Assembly (NCBI GenBank): GCA_013202975.1
Contig: JABMQY010000014.1
Location: 1 to 63,314 of the forward strand
Direction of reading: 5' to 3'
DNA: 63,314 bases
From: Candidatus Saganbacteria bacterium
Lineage (GTDB): Bacteria; Margulisbacteria; WOR-1; XYC2-FULL-46-14
This document shows, piece by piece, positions 18,292 through 32,700 of this stretch (the stretch's first letter is position 1; each line of letters opens with the position of its first letter). The notes under the pieces are model-generated. The model was not told where the DNA came from. It ran no database searches and saw only the letters and a list, made by a program, of their open reading frames with translations. Position numbers and translations under genes: made by a program.

Positions 18292-20259
18292 TTATCGGGC
18301 TGAAGATGAGCCCATTTCTCTCTCTTTTTGATACTTCAAACAAAGCTTTTCCTGAGTCTGTGGAAGCACCTCCTCATAATGAGAATATTTAGCAGCAAAC
18401 ATCCCCGCCCCATGAGTAAATGAGCGAAGATCGGTAGCATATCTGGCAATCTCTGCCTGCGGAACCTGGGCAATTACTTTCTCCTCTTCAATACTGACTA
18501 TTCTCCCCCGCCGCTTATTCAAATCAGAAACAACATTGCCGACAAATTCTGACGGTATATGAACTTCAATATCTACAATTGGTTCAATTAAGACCGGCTT
18601 AGCATCTACAAAAGCCTTTTTAAATCCCATTGAGGCCGCGATCTTAAATGCCAAATCAGAGGAATCAACATCATGATAGGAACCATCATAAAGAATAACC
18701 TTAAGATCAACCACCGGATAGCCGGAAACAACTCCGCCCAACATTGCTTCTTTTACCCCTTTTTCAACCGACGGAATGTAATTTTTTGGAATTGCTCCTC
18801 CTGAAATGTTATTTACAAACTCAAAACCCTTGCCTCTCTCCAGGGGCTCAATTTTAATCATGGTATCGCCATACTGTCCGTGGCCGCCGGTCTGTTTTTT
18901 ATATTTCCCCTGGGCCTTGGCCTTTCCACGAATAGTCTCTTTGTAGGGGACTTGAGGAGAAGAGGTCTCAATCTCCAAATTATGCCTTTTGCGCAGTTTC
19001 CCCAAAATTATCTCAAGCTGAACATCCCCCATTCCAGAAATGACCACCTCTTTTGTCTCTTTGTCATAACGCATCTTAAAAGTCGGGTCTTCCTTCATAA
19101 AGGTAGAAAATCCAAGTCCCATCTTTTCCTGATCGGCCTTTGACTTTGGCCGAACAGCCAGATGCACATTGGCTTCCGGAAATTCGACATGCGGCAAAAC
19201 AGTGTTTGATTTTTCATGGCAAAGAGTATCACCCGTTCTGGTGTTTTTTAATTTTGGGAGAGTCGCAATATCTCCAGCCTGAACTCTTTGAACCTCGGCT
19301 TTATGTTTTCCTCTGCTTATTACGACCTGACCAACTCTCTCAGAGTGTCCCTTTGAAGCATTTTTTACTGTAGACGAATGCTCCAGTGACCCGGAATAAA
19401 CACGGACATAGCTTAATTCTCCAACATGCGGTTCGGCCACCGACTTAAAAACATAAGCAGAAAGAGGCTCAGCAACCTGCCCTTCCGGCCTCGGCAGCCA
19501 TTTTACTATTGCGGAAAAGAGTTCAGGAATCCCTACCCCGGTAACAGCAGAGCCTATCATAATCGGAATGATTTTCCCTTGACTTATCCCCTTCTTAACC
19601 GCAGCGGAAATCTCCTGTTCAGGGATCTCCTTCCCTTCCATAAATTCTTCAAGTATTTTTTCGTCCTGATCCGCCGCCGCTTCAATTAACATCTCATTGT
19701 ATTTAGGATCAGCTGCTTTTTCTTTTAATAAATGAATGATCCCTCGAAAATCTTTTCCCTGCCCGTCCGGAGCATGGACTGGAACCAGATTTTTACCAAA
19801 CTTTGCCCGTATTTTTTCAACCACCTCATCAAAATTAGCCCGCTCCTTATCCATTTTATTTATAAAAACAATTTTGGGAAGGTTATTTTTATCGGCCTCT
19901 TTCCACAATCTTTCTGAGCCGACTCCATAACCATCAATCGCATCAAAAACAATTAGGGCCGAATCAACTACCCGCAAGGTCGAAATTGCTTCTCCAATAA
20001 AATCAGCATATCCCGGAACATCGATCATATTTAGTTTATGATCGCTCCACTCGATAGGAATGATGGTAGAGTGGATCGAGATCTGGCGCCTAATCTCTTC
20101 GGGGTCATGGTCAGAGGTCGTGTTTCCTTGTGTCGTTGATCCTTGTCTGGTGATGATTTCAGCTTTGAAGAGGAGAGATTCTAGAAGCGAAGTTTTTCCG
20201 ACATGCCCGTGTCCTACCACCGCGACATTCCGAATCAGGTCACAGTTATATTCTCTCAA
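18292..20259 (-). CDS. fusA: Elongation factor G-like protein (EF-G2 type)
   Basis: GHGHVGKT P-loop, DVPGYADF, NKMD, KKQTGGHGQYG, GSYHDVDSSDLAF. Non-canonical P-loop/switch I and isolation from rpsL-rpsG-tuf indicate the secondary EF-G. Confidence 0.92.
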   Translation of the reverse strand: MREYNCDLIRNVAVVGHGHVGKTSLLESLLFKAEIITRQGSTTQGNTTSDHDPEEIRRQISIHSTIIPIEWSDHKLNMIDVPGYADFIGEAISTLRVVDSALIVFDAIDGYGVGSERLWKEADKNNLPKIVFINKMDKERANFDEVVEKIRAKFGKNLVPVHAPDGQGKDFRGIIHLLKEKAADPKYNEMLIEAAADQDEKILEEFMEGKEIPEQEISAAVKKGISQGKIIPIMIGSAVTGVGIPELFSAIVKWLPRPEGQVAEPLSAYVFKSVAEPHVGELSYVRVYSGSLEHSSTVKNASKGHSERVGQVVISRGKHKAEVQRVQAGDIATLPKLKNTRTGDTLCHEKSNTVLPHVEFPEANVHLAVRPKSKADQEKMGLGFSTFMKEDPTFKMRYDKETKEVVISGMGDVQLEIILGKLRKRHNLEIETSSPQVPYKETIRGKAKAQGKYKKQTGGHGQYGDTMIKIEPLERGKGFEFVNNISGGAIPKNYIPSVEKGVKEAMLGGVVSGYPVVDLKVILYDGSYHDVDSSDLAFKIAASMGFKKAFVDAKPVLIEPIVDIEVHIPSEFVGNVVSDLNKRRGRIVSIEEEKVIAQVPQAEIARYATDLRSFTHGAGMFAAKYSHYEEVLPQTQEKLCLKYQKEREMGSSSAR

Positions 20260-20335
20260 ATAAACCGCCTCCTTATGGATTCAGTCTTTCCTCGAGAGGG
20301 AAGTGATAACACTTTAGCAAAACAAAATTAATTCG

Positions 20336-22309
20336 TCAAGTGATTTTAAAAGCTTTCTTTATCTCGGAAATCCTGTCACGCAGCTCACCCGCTTTTTCAA
20401 ATTCCAACTCGGTCGCAGCAACCCGCATCTCCTTTTCTATTTCACGAATCAACTGCGAAACTTCAGCCTTTGGAACAAATTCCTTAATTCGTCTAACCTC
20501 TTCAAGATTCATCTCACTGATCTGTTCAGAAATATCTTTTATCTCTTTCACAATCGTTTTAGGCTTAATCTTATATTTTTTATTGTGGGCTATTTGGATT
20601 TTACGGCGGCGGTTGGTCTCGTCCAGCGCCCTTTTCATTGATCCGGTCTTTTTATCAGCGTACAAAATAACTTTTCCGTTGATATTTCTGGCAGCGCGTC
20701 CGATAGTTTGAACAAGCGCTGTCTCTGCGCGAAGAAAACCTTCTTTATCTGCATCCAAAATTGCAACCAGAGAAACTTCGGGCAAATCCAATCCTTCCCG
20801 CAAAAGATTGATTCCGACTAACACATCAAACTCACCCAAACGTAGTCCGCGCAAAATCTCAACCCGATCAAAGGTCTTAATATCCGAATGCAAATAACGG
20901 ACTCTTATACCCTGCTCATCTAAAAACTCGGCTAGATCCTCGGCCAAACGCTTGGTCAAAGTCGTAACTAAGACCCGCTCTTTCTTAACTACCCGCTTCC
21001 TGATCTCTTCTAATAGATCGTTAATCTGGTTCTTGGTCGGTTTTACAACAACCTCCGGATCAATCAATCCGGTCGGCCGGATAATTTGTTCAACCGTTTG
21101 TTTTGAATGTTTTGCTTCATACTTTGACGGAGTGGCTGAGACAAAAATCACCTGATTTAGACGATTCTCAAACTCATTAAACTTTAGGGGCCGGTTGTCG
21201 CGCGCTGATGGCAGTCGAAAACCAAATTTAATCAAATTATCTTTGCGGGCTTTATCGCCAAAGTACATTCCGCCGACCTGAGGAACAGTCACGTGAGACT
21301 CATCGATAAACATTAAAAAATCTTTTCCAAAATAATCAACCAAAGTTCCCGGCGGCGTGCCGGCGACCCGCCCCTCCATGTGCCTGGAATAATTTTCTAT
21401 TCCGCTGCAATAACCGATCTCCTGAATCATTTCCAGATCATATTTAGTCCGCTGCTCCAGACGCTGCATTTCAAGAAGCTTCTTTTTCTTTTTTAATTCG
21501 CCAAGCCAAAAGTTCAGTTCCTGCTTAATTGAAAAAATGGCAGCCTGGAGACGGTCGCGGAATGTTACAAAATGGGTAGCCGGAGAAATAGAGACAAAAT
21601 CATGTTTATTTAAGATATTTTGAGTAGTCGGCTCGATCTCCGTAATCTTTTTCAGCTTATCGCCGTCCAGCTCTATCCTTAAAATATTCCTTTCATAAGC
21701 GGGCTGCACTTCGATAATATCTCCGCGGACGCGAAACCGGCCGCGGGCTAACTCATAATCATTGCGGGTATATTTTATTGCTACCAGTTTTTCTAAAATT
21801 TGATCGCGATCATACTTTTCTCCAACCCTTAAAACAACCATGGCATCCAGATAGTCTTGCGGGGCTCCTAAACCATAGATACAAGAAACTGAAGCAACCA
21901 CAATCACATCCTTACGGGTCAAAAGAGACATTGTCGCTGAATGCCGCAGGCGATCAATTTCCTGGTTAATTGATGAATCCTTTTCAATATAAGTATCGGT
22001 GTGGGGGAGATAAGCCTCCGGCTGATAATAGTCATAATAGGAGACAAAATATTCTACTGCATTGTTAGGAAAGAAATCGCGGAATTCCTGGCAGAGCTGG
22101 GCAGCTAGGGTTTTGTTATGAGAAATGATTAAGGTCGGCTTTTGGATCTTTTCTATCACATTGGCCATGGTAAAGGTTTTGCCGGAGCCGGTTACTCCAA
22201 GTAAGGTTTGAAAATCAAGTCCGGCAGATAAACCCTTAAGCAAACCCTTAATGGCTTGGGGTTGGTCACCGGCTGGTTTGAATTTTGATTCAAGTTTGAA
22301 TTTTGGCAT
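20336..22309 (-). CDS. uvrB: Excinuclease ABC subunit B
   Basis: [46 protein letters not shown]-terminal UVR domain. Confidence 0.98.
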   Translation of the reverse strand: MPKFKLESKFKPAGDQPQAIKGLLKGLSAGLDFQTLLGVTGSGKTFTMANVIEKIQKPTLIISHNKTLAAQLCQEFRDFFPNNAVEYFVSYYDYYQPEAYLPHTDTYIEKDSSINQEIDRLRHSATMSLLTRKDVIVVASVSCIYGLGAPQDYLDAMVVLRVGEKYDRDQILEKLVAIKYTRNDYELARGRFRVRGDIIEVQPAYERNILRIELDGDKLKKITEIEPTTQNILNKHDFVSISPATHFVTFRDRLQAAIFSIKQELNFWLGELKKKKKLLEMQRLEQRTKYDLEMIQEIGYCSGIENYSRHMEGRVAGTPPGTLVDYFGKDFLMFIDESHVTVPQVGGMYFGDKARKDNLIKFGFRLPSARDNRPLKFNEFENRLNQVIFVSATPSKYEAKHSKQTVEQIIRPTGLIDPEVVVKPTKNQINDLLEEIRKRVVKKERVLVTTLTKRLAEDLAEFLDEQGIRVRYLHSDIKTFDRVEILRGLRLGEFDVLVGINLLREGLDLPEVSLVAILDADKEGFLRAETALVQTIGRAARNINGKVILYADKKTGSMKRALDETNRRRKIQIAHNKKYKIKPKTIVKEIKDISEQISEMNLEEVRRIKEFVPKAEVSQLIREIEKEMRVAATELEFEKAGELRDRISEIKKAFKIT

Positions 22310-22415
22310 TTGAAATAATTATAGCATGTGAATTATCGATAAACCTGTGACTTACGACCAGCAGTATTTTTACTTCTTCTCCCCGAAACACTTATAAAGC
22401 ATGCTTTTCCCTTAT

Positions 22416-22979
22416 TTAATTAGAACGCCGAATGATTTTCAAAGAACCAAAAAGCGCATTGTTAGACTGAGATAATTCCTTTTTATAAATTCCGGGATAG
22501 TTTATTGTTATATTTATAGAGCGATCATCAAGAATCACCTTTACCGATTCGGCAAACCATTCTATGCCTTCCAAAGAATATTTTATTTTATATTTCAGGG
22601 TATCTTTGCCTTTGAACCTGATTTTTTTAGAAAAAACGAGCTTCCCTTTTTTAAATCTGCCTCTGTTATATATCTCGACTTCCTTTTTAAGCAATGATTT
22701 ATAATAAGAATCTATTTTGTTTTTCTGAGATTGCTTACCTCTGATAACCACAACATTATATCTGGCTTTTGAAGTCCCTGCCATGAAGACAATTGCCTCC
22801 ATTCCTGATTTCTCATATTTTTCAAGGATCGGCTTTTTGGGAAAATTTACCCTGAACCCATAGCGTGATGAGATCAGCTTTTTATTCTTATAAACAAAAT
22901 CTCCATCATTCTCCACTTCACGAGCAAAAGAAAATAATATTAAAGCAATAAAAAATATAATAAAATAAAGGGATCCCAA
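22416..22979 (-). CDS. Hypothetical exported protein (PsbP/DcrB-like fold possible)
   Basis: N-terminal hydrophobic stretch, then YGFRVNFP and beta-rich pattern. Start uncertain. Confidence 0.6.
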   Translation of the reverse strand: MGSLYFIIFFIALILFSFAREVENDGDFVYKNKKLISSRYGFRVNFPKKPILEKYEKSGMEAIVFMAGTSKARYNVVVIRGKQSQKNKIDSYYKSLLKKEVEIYNRGRFKKGKLVFSKKIRFKGKDTLKYKIKYSLEGIEWFAESVKVILDDRSINITINYPGIYKKELSQSNNALFGSLKIIRRSN

Positions 22980-23019
22980 TTTAACTATAAGTTTCGTAAT
23001 AAGTCCTCCCTAATAAAGG

Positions 23020-25909
<2,890 letters not shown>

Positions 25910-25913
<4 letters not shown>

Positions 25914-26284
25914 TTTAAATACTTCTCCTCTAAATTACGCATTAAGCTTCTCTCTTTTTTATTTTTATGCCCGTATCCTAAAAGATGCAATACTCCATGA
26001 ATCACCAATCGTCTATACTCCTCTTTTAACAGAACCCTATATCTTTTTGCCTGAACTTTTGCCAAAGAATCAGAAATAACAATTTCTCCCAAAAGCTCAT
26101 TGTCATTATCAGGAAAAGCCAAAACATCGGTCGTTCGGTCAATCCCCCTGAATTCTTTGTTCAATTTTCTCATAAATCGGTCATTAATGAAATAGACTTC
26201 TATTTTCCCTGCCTGATTCAACTTCCCCTTGGCTTTTAAAATTTTATTAATAGTCCCAACAAACTTTTTAGTTATATTTTTCAT
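25910..26284 (-). CDS. ybeY: rRNA maturation endonuclease YbeY
   Basis: LNKEFRGIDRTTDVLAF, LGEIVI, HGVLHLLGYGH (the usual Asp before the third His is Gly). Confidence 0.9.
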
Positions 26285-26292
26285 TCCCTCTA

Positions 26293-27558
26293 CTATTTTT
26301 GTCCTCCGGCCAGACTAATATGAGCCCCCAAGCCTTCCAGTTTACTAATTATATTTTCATAACCTCTCTCAATCTGGCTTTCCCGGTCATCGATCATGGT
26401 CTCCCCTTTTGCAGCCAAAGCGGCAATAATAAGCCCGGCACCAGCACGCAAATCGGTGACAACGACCGGAGCAGACGAAAGATGCTTAACTCCTTTAATA
26501 ATCGCTGTGCGCCCTTCTAATTTCACATCCGCCCCCATGCGCTTTAATTCATTAAGATGTATAAATCTGTTTTCAAAAATAGTTTCGCGAATTACAGAAG
26601 TCCCCGAAGCCAAAGCCAGCAGGGCGCTAAATTGCGGCTGCATGTCAGTTGGAAAACCAGGATGGGGCTGAGTTTGAATATCTATTGCCTTAATATTTCC
26701 ATTTTTTATAATCCTGGCTTCATTTCCCGATATCTCAATCTTTACTCCGCATTCTTTAAGCTTAAGTAAAATAGATTCCATATGCTCTGGCACAATATTC
26801 TTTATCAACACTTCGCCTCCAACCGCAGCAGTGGCAGCCATATATGTGCCGGCTTCAATCCGGTCGGGAATTATGGCATGGTCAACCCCCTTTAGTTTCT
26901 TTACACCCTCAATACTAATCTTTTCTGTCCCGGCACCAGAAATCTTTGCTCCTGCTTTAATTAAAAAGTCGGCTAAGTCAACGATTTCCGGTTCGCAGGC
27001 GACATTTGTAATAGACGTTTTGCCCTCTGCCAGAGTCGCAGCCATCATAATAGTTTCGGTAGCACCAACTGAAGGAAAATCCAGATGAACAAGATTACCT
27101 CTTAGCCGTGGGGCTTCAACAATAACAAATCCGTGTTCCATCCTGACCCGGGCTCCCAATTTCTCTAGCCCCTTAAGGTGAATATCAACCGGCCGGGAAC
27201 CAATTGCACAGCCGCCAGGAAGAGGAACTTTGGCAAACCCCGCTCGGGCTAAAATAGGACCAATCACAAAAAAAGAAGCCCGCATTTGGGTTACCAGCTG
27301 ATAAGGAGCAACATGCCGGACCTTTCCATTAACCCAGATTTTTACTCTATTTGGGTGACAATACTCCGACCGAATCCCCAAACTCCGAAGCACTTTTAAC
27401 ATGGTGATCACATCTGTTAAGTTTGGAACGCAAGTAAGGGTATTTTCTCCTTCTGTTAAAATTGTGGCCGCCAAAATAGGCAAGGCAGAATTCTTTGAGC
27501 CAGAAATAGTTACTTCACCCTTAAGCGGACTTCCCCCTTCAATTACAATCTTTCTCAC
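26293..27558 (-). CDS. murA: UDP-N-acetylglucosamine 1-carboxyvinyltransferase
   Basis: GSKNS, MRASF, LPGGCAIGSRPVD (catalytic Cys present), PGFPTDMQ, DLRAG. Confidence 0.98.
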   Translation of the reverse strand: MRKIVIEGGSPLKGEVTISGSKNSALPILAATILTEGENTLTCVPNLTDVITMLKVLRSLGIRSEYCHPNRVKIWVNGKVRHVAPYQLVTQMRASFFVIGPILARAGFAKVPLPGGCAIGSRPVDIHLKGLEKLGARVRMEHGFVIVEAPRLRGNLVHLDFPSVGATETIMMAATLAEGKTSITNVACEPEIVDLADFLIKAGAKISGAGTEKISIEGVKKLKGVDHAIIPDRIEAGTYMAATAAVGGEVLIKNIVPEHMESILLKLKECGVKIEISGNEARIIKNGNIKAIDIQTQPHPGFPTDMQPQFSALLALASGTSVIRETIFENRFIHLNELKRMGADVKLEGRTAIIKGVKHLSSAPVVVTDLRAGAGLIIAALAAKGETMIDDRESQIERGYENIISKLEGLGAHISLAGGQK

Positions 27559-28718
27559 TTCGTCTCGCCTCCAAATTCAACCGGTTTTTTATCCCTTAAC
27601 CCAAAATAATAAAGCAACGCCCGAACAATTCTTTCTGCAGCCCGTCCGTCGCCATAGGGATTGACGGCTTTTGCCATTTTATCATATGCTTTTTTATCTT
27701 CTAAAAGAATTTCTGCTTCTTCAATAATTCTTGCAGTATTTGTTCCGATTAACCGAACCGTACCTGCCGTTATTGCTTCCGGCCTCTCGGTTGTTTCCCT
27801 CAATACCAGGACCGGTTTTCCAAAACTGGGGGCTTCTTCCTGAATCCCGCCGGAATCAGTTAAAATAAAATTCGACTTTTTCATCATATGCGCAAAAGGA
27901 TGATAATCAAGCGGATCAGTCAGAACAATATTCTCAATCCCTCCCAGATTTTTATCAACAATCCTTCTTACCACTGGGTTGCGATGGACCGGAAAAACAA
28001 AATAAATTTCTTTGTTGTACTTCTTTGCTAAGGTAGAAACAGCCAGACAGGTATCTTCCATCGGTTTTCCAAATGACTCTCTCCTATGGGTTGTTAAAAG
28101 GATCATTTTTTTATCCGGCTGCTCAAGATTAATTTCTGAAAGATCAAAGGGCTTATTAATAGTTAGATTCAATGCGTCAATTACAGTATTTCCGGTTAAA
28201 AAGACAGAATCCGGCTTAATTCCTTCAGCCAATAAATTATTTTTTGAAATAGCAGTCGGGGCAAAATGCAGGTCGGAGACAGAAGACAACAGCCTTCGAT
28301 TCATCTCTTCCGGAAATGGATTGTTTTTATTGCCGGTTCTAAGTCCTGCCTCAACATGCCCGACTAAAACCTTATGTTGAAAGGCCGCCAAGCCAGCAGA
28401 AAAAGCAGTAGAGGTGTCACCCTGAACCAATAATACATCCGGTTTTTCACGCAAAATTATCGGATCAATTCCTTTAATGGAATTTACCACAATGTCCGAG
28501 AGTGATTGCTCTTTTTTCATTATATTTAAATCGTAATTAGGTTTTATATTAAAAAGACTTAAAATTTGATCGAGCATCTGTCTATGCTGGCCGGTTGAGA
28601 CCAGAACAGTCTGAAATTCATCTTGAAACTTTTGCAGCTCAAGAATAACCGGAACCATTTTAATGGCTTCCGGCCTGGTCCCAAAAACAATCATAATTTT
28701 AAATTTTTTATTTTTCAT
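27555..28718 (-). CDS. wecB: UDP-N-acetylglucosamine 2-epimerase (non-hydrolysing)
   Basis: FGTRPEAIKM, TGQHRQM, VQGDT, HVEAGLR, TDSGGIQEEA, NPYGDG. Confidence 0.97.
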   Translation of the reverse strand: MKNKKFKIMIVFGTRPEAIKMVPVILELQKFQDEFQTVLVSTGQHRQMLDQILSLFNIKPNYDLNIMKKEQSLSDIVVNSIKGIDPIILREKPDVLLVQGDTSTAFSAGLAAFQHKVLVGHVEAGLRTGNKNNPFPEEMNRRLLSSVSDLHFAPTAISKNNLLAEGIKPDSVFLTGNTVIDALNLTINKPFDLSEINLEQPDKKMILLTTHRRESFGKPMEDTCLAVSTLAKKYNKEIYFVFPVHRNPVVRRIVDKNLGGIENIVLTDPLDYHPFAHMMKKSNFILTDSGGIQEEAPSFGKPVLVLRETTERPEAITAGTVRLIGTNTARIIEEAEILLEDKKAYDKMAKAVNPYGDGRAAERIVRALLYYFGLRDKKPVEFGGETK

Positions 28719-28724
28719 TTTTTA

Positions 28725-28753
28725 TACGGGCAGGTTTCAAACCTGCCCCCTAC
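28725..28753 (-). repeat. GTAG-type REP palindrome
   Basis: Minus strand GTAG-GG-GGGCAGGTTT-G-AAACCTGCCC-GTA: a perfect 10-bp stem preceded by GTAG, intergenic between wecA and wecB. Confidence 0.75.
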
Positions 28754-28756
28754 ACC

Positions 28757-29713
28757 TTACCTATATAATGCCATCATCAGGGCCGTAAAACTCAAAATAA
28801 AACAGACAATATATATTGACAAAACCGCTTCACGCTGCGAAAATCCTGCCCGCATCAACATATGGTGAATATGTTTCTTGTCGGCCCGAAAAACCGGATT
28901 CCCCTCTTTCATTCTTCTACCGATAGCAAAAAGAGTATCAAAAATAGGAACCCCCAAAATTAGCAGCGGAATAATCAGGGCTACTACTAAAGTGGTTTTG
29001 AATACTCCTGTAATGGAGGCGGTAGCCAGTATGAATCCCAACAAGAGGCTTCCCGAATCGCCCAAGAATATTTTTGCCGGAAAGAAATTATATTTCAAAA
29101 AACCGAGCGCTGCGGCAGCCAATACTAACATAATTAGCGCTGCGCCGTAGCTGTAGGTAGTAAGCGCCACAAAGAAAAATGTTCCGGCAGAAATCGCAGT
29201 AACTCCGGCAGCTAATCCATCCAAACCATCGATTAAGTTTATTGCATTTGTAATCCCGACAATCCAAAAAATCGTTAATGGCACACTTACATAGGCCGGC
29301 ATTGCAACCAATCCATTGAAAGGATTGGTTAAAAAGGATATTTCTACCCCAAAGGAGTAGACAATCAGTGCTGCTATGATCTGCCAGAAAAACTTGGTGC
29401 TTGCTTTGAGTGAATGGATATCGTCAAGTATTCCAACAACCAGTATAAGAGACGCCCCCAGCACAATCCCAATGATTGAGTTTATTTGAAAATCCATTCC
29501 AATATAATAGGCGATCAACAAGCCAACAAGCAGGGCAGTAAGAAAACCACTAAATATTGCGATCCCTCCGAAGCGGGGAATGATCTGACTATGAATTTTT
29601 CTTTCGTTGGGGGTATCTACAGCCCCTATTTTGAAGGCCAGCTTTTCTGCTAATGGGGTCACCAAAATAGTTATTAAAAGAGCCACTGCAAATGAAATCG
29701 GGAATAAGTACAT
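28757..29713 (-). CDS. wecA: Undecaprenyl-phosphate GlcNAc-1-phosphate transferase (WecA/TagO, MraY family)
   Basis: RKIH, PRFGG, GILDD, NAINLIDGLDGLA, IFLGDSG, ADKKHIHH. Confidence 0.93.
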   Translation of the reverse strand: MYLFPISFAVALLITILVTPLAEKLAFKIGAVDTPNERKIHSQIIPRFGGIAIFSGFLTALLVGLLIAYYIGMDFQINSIIGIVLGASLILVVGILDDIHSLKASTKFFWQIIAALIVYSFGVEISFLTNPFNGLVAMPAYVSVPLTIFWIVGITNAINLIDGLDGLAAGVTAISAGTFFFVALTTYSYGAALIMLVLAAAALGFLKYNFFPAKIFLGDSGSLLLGFILATASITGVFKTTLVVALIIPLLILGVPIFDTLFAIGRRMKEGNPVFRADKKHIHHMLMRAGFSQREAVLSIYIVCFILSFTALMMALYR

Positions 29714-29750
29714 TACGGGTATATATTATAACATTTTTAAGGGTAAAACG

Positions 29751-32700
29751 TCAAGATTTTTTAGATAAAACTGCACTAAGAGTTGAAGGGAGAATATCTT
29801 CCAATGGAATGCCTGTCCGTACAGACAAGACCGTAAGAGAAGGCATTAAGGCTCTTGGTTGCAGCTTAAGGGCTGCCTGAAACGCAGCATCAATATCATC
29901 TAAAATCCTCTGATTTGCATCAGTAAAAGGACTCTTAAAAGCCTCCTCATCATGGATAAAACTATCGTGATTAACCCTAAAACCACCATTTAAAAGATCT
30001 ACCTCATAGCAGACTCCACCTTTTGAGACAATTTTAAGATAGCTAGGGAAATTATTCTCCATTTCAAGCTCTATTCGAGCAGCTCGATAGGGCTGGATTA
30101 TAGCCCCTAATTTTCTCAAGGCAAAATAGAAGACTCTTGCAACATCATTCTTTACCACCCCATTAACCGCCCCTGCCCGGTAGAGCACTCCGGGATCAAA
30201 AGGCTCAAGCCTTTTTGCAAGTTTACTATTTTCTAATGCCTGCATGTTTTCTGCATAATAAAGGGTAAACCATCTTAAAATTAAACGACGGGCCCGATCC
30301 AATAGTTTTCCTGGCACCCCCTGACAATCTATCTCCCTTATTCTTTGCGCAGCAAAAACAGGATAAGGAGAGGTAACATCCATACCTTCTAAAAGAGAAA
30401 TATAAGACAACAATAAAAATTTCCTAACAGACGGAAAAAGCCTGGAGAGCCTTTCCATCTTCTTGTTTTCTGAAAAATCAATCCCAAATACTTCCCCAAC
30501 ACGGGCAATATCATTGTCTATTAAATAAGCAGCCAGCTCGCCGGCCTGTTTATCATCTAAAAGCTCAACCATTTCTCGGTCAGAAAAACCAAAAATAAAG
30601 CTAGCTAAAACCTCGCCACTAAATCCTCCTAAGCCCTTTTTACCATCTATAGAAAGGATCCCATGGGTACGGAGAACTTCTGCTCTAACACAGCGATCAA
30701 AATCTTTACTATACCTCTCAATAAACCAGGAAAATCCATTTTCTTTAATAACATGCTTTCGTACAGCCGCTAATTTAGTAGACTCATTATTTTTTTCAAT
30801 CCTAAGCGGATTACCTGGATTATAAAATAAAAGACTAAAACAAAGATCTTCTTCCATCAAAAGCACTGCCTTTGAAATTACATTGGAACTAATATCTGAA
30901 TCAAGCAGAGCATTCAAAAAACCAGAGAGAATCCTTGGCTCCCAATTTAAAGCCAGAAAACTCTCGATCTGATCACTTGATAAGTTGGCTGTCACTGTTA
31001 TCGCAGGGCGACTTGGAATATTTGGATTAAACAGATCTCTAATTATATGAAGCTGAGTTTGCTGGTCCTGTTGGCTCAAAAGGGCCATTGCCTGATCTAA
31101 TCCATCTTCTTCTCTTTTATTTACCAATCTAACAATCAAAGAAGAAAGCTCCTGGACCTCTGCATAGTTAGCTGTATACAAATAAGTATGTCTCTCCCGT
31201 AAATAATTAGATGCATCAAGCGCACTTGAATAGGATATTCCGGCCAAGTCAGAAAGAACTTTTCTGGCCCTCTTTCTCCATTTCACAAATGCCTCAGGCC
31301 CCTGATAGTGCATTATTGCAGCTGCCATTTTCTTTATCAGCTTAGACTCCCCTCTTCCAGCAAAGACCCCCCCTTCAAATAAAAAGAGAAGCTCAAGTTG
31401 CTCCACAGAAGCTAAGGTTGCCCACTTTGCCAAAAATTCCTTGGGAAAATTATTTACAATTGTTCGAATACAATCCTGTCTTCTTTGTTCCCCATTATTA
31501 AGTGCAAGAATTGTATTGAAGACAGAAACAGCAGCATTATTACTATTTATTTGAAGTAATCCATTATAAATTCTTAAAAGTTTTGAAAAGGCAAATTGCT
31601 TTAATAATTGGGACATATCTGTTTTATATAAATAATTTGTCTGCATACTTGCAATCAAATCAATCCAGACCGAAAGAGGAAGCACTTCTGTAAGCTCAGA
31701 CATACTTAGCTGATCATCAATGTCCCAGCCACCTACCATTCTGTCTTTTGAAAGCAAAAGATAAATTTGTGAGAGTAAATAATCTTTTTGAATTGTATTC
31801 AGCAAGGATTTATAGGAAGAGAAAGGATCTTGAGGAGGACTTTTCGCTACCAGGTACAATACCCTAGAAATTAATTCTTTTCTCTTAGAGGAATCCATCA
31901 GTTTTTGATCTACCCCATACAAGAACCTATCAAAAAACTGGATCGCTTTTTGGGCTGCAGCTATTCTTGTTTCTCCTAAGGCTAGGGAAATCTCGTAAAA
32001 TTTTTGGTATATTTTAAAAAGATTGTTTCTCGTAATCGAACCATCCAATTGCCCCACAGCGGCTCCATGAACATAAATATCAAACACCTTCCCCTTTCCA
32101 CCAGCCCGAGGCAAATCTGGTAATGTTTTTGCAGCAGCAAAAACATTACCCCGAAGAGAACCGGGACGAAAGAGTGATGCTCCTTCTACAAACATATAAA
32201 ACAAATCAATACTATCCTTTTCAAAAACCTCAGCAAATCTATCAAGCTCGTCAGTATATTTTGAAACAGAAACCCCATGCAGGGCTTCACGCTCAGCCAA
32301 AAGCAACCTGGCCCATCTTTCATTTATATATAACAAACACTCATCCCAAAATGGCGAAGGAGATTCTCTTATTGATCTCTTATTAGACTTAATCTCTTTC
32401 ACCAGATCAACATCAAGCTTACCTCGCTGAATTATTTTTTGAGCTAGCGTTATGCCTGCTTTCCTTTCGCTCAATAAAACATTGCGCAAAGATTGAGACA
32501 ATGAGGCCTCAATTTCTTCCTCAGAAAATTGAATCCCAGATGCCGAAAGAGAAATATCAAAAACCCCATTAAAAATATTTGCTGATCCGGACAAAAAACC
32601 TCCTAATGAACTACGCCTAAAACGCAACGAGCAAGCCTGCAGATCAGAAAACCCTTCTAAAAAGGATAAAAGATCGGAATTATTATTGAGGGAAGCAAGG

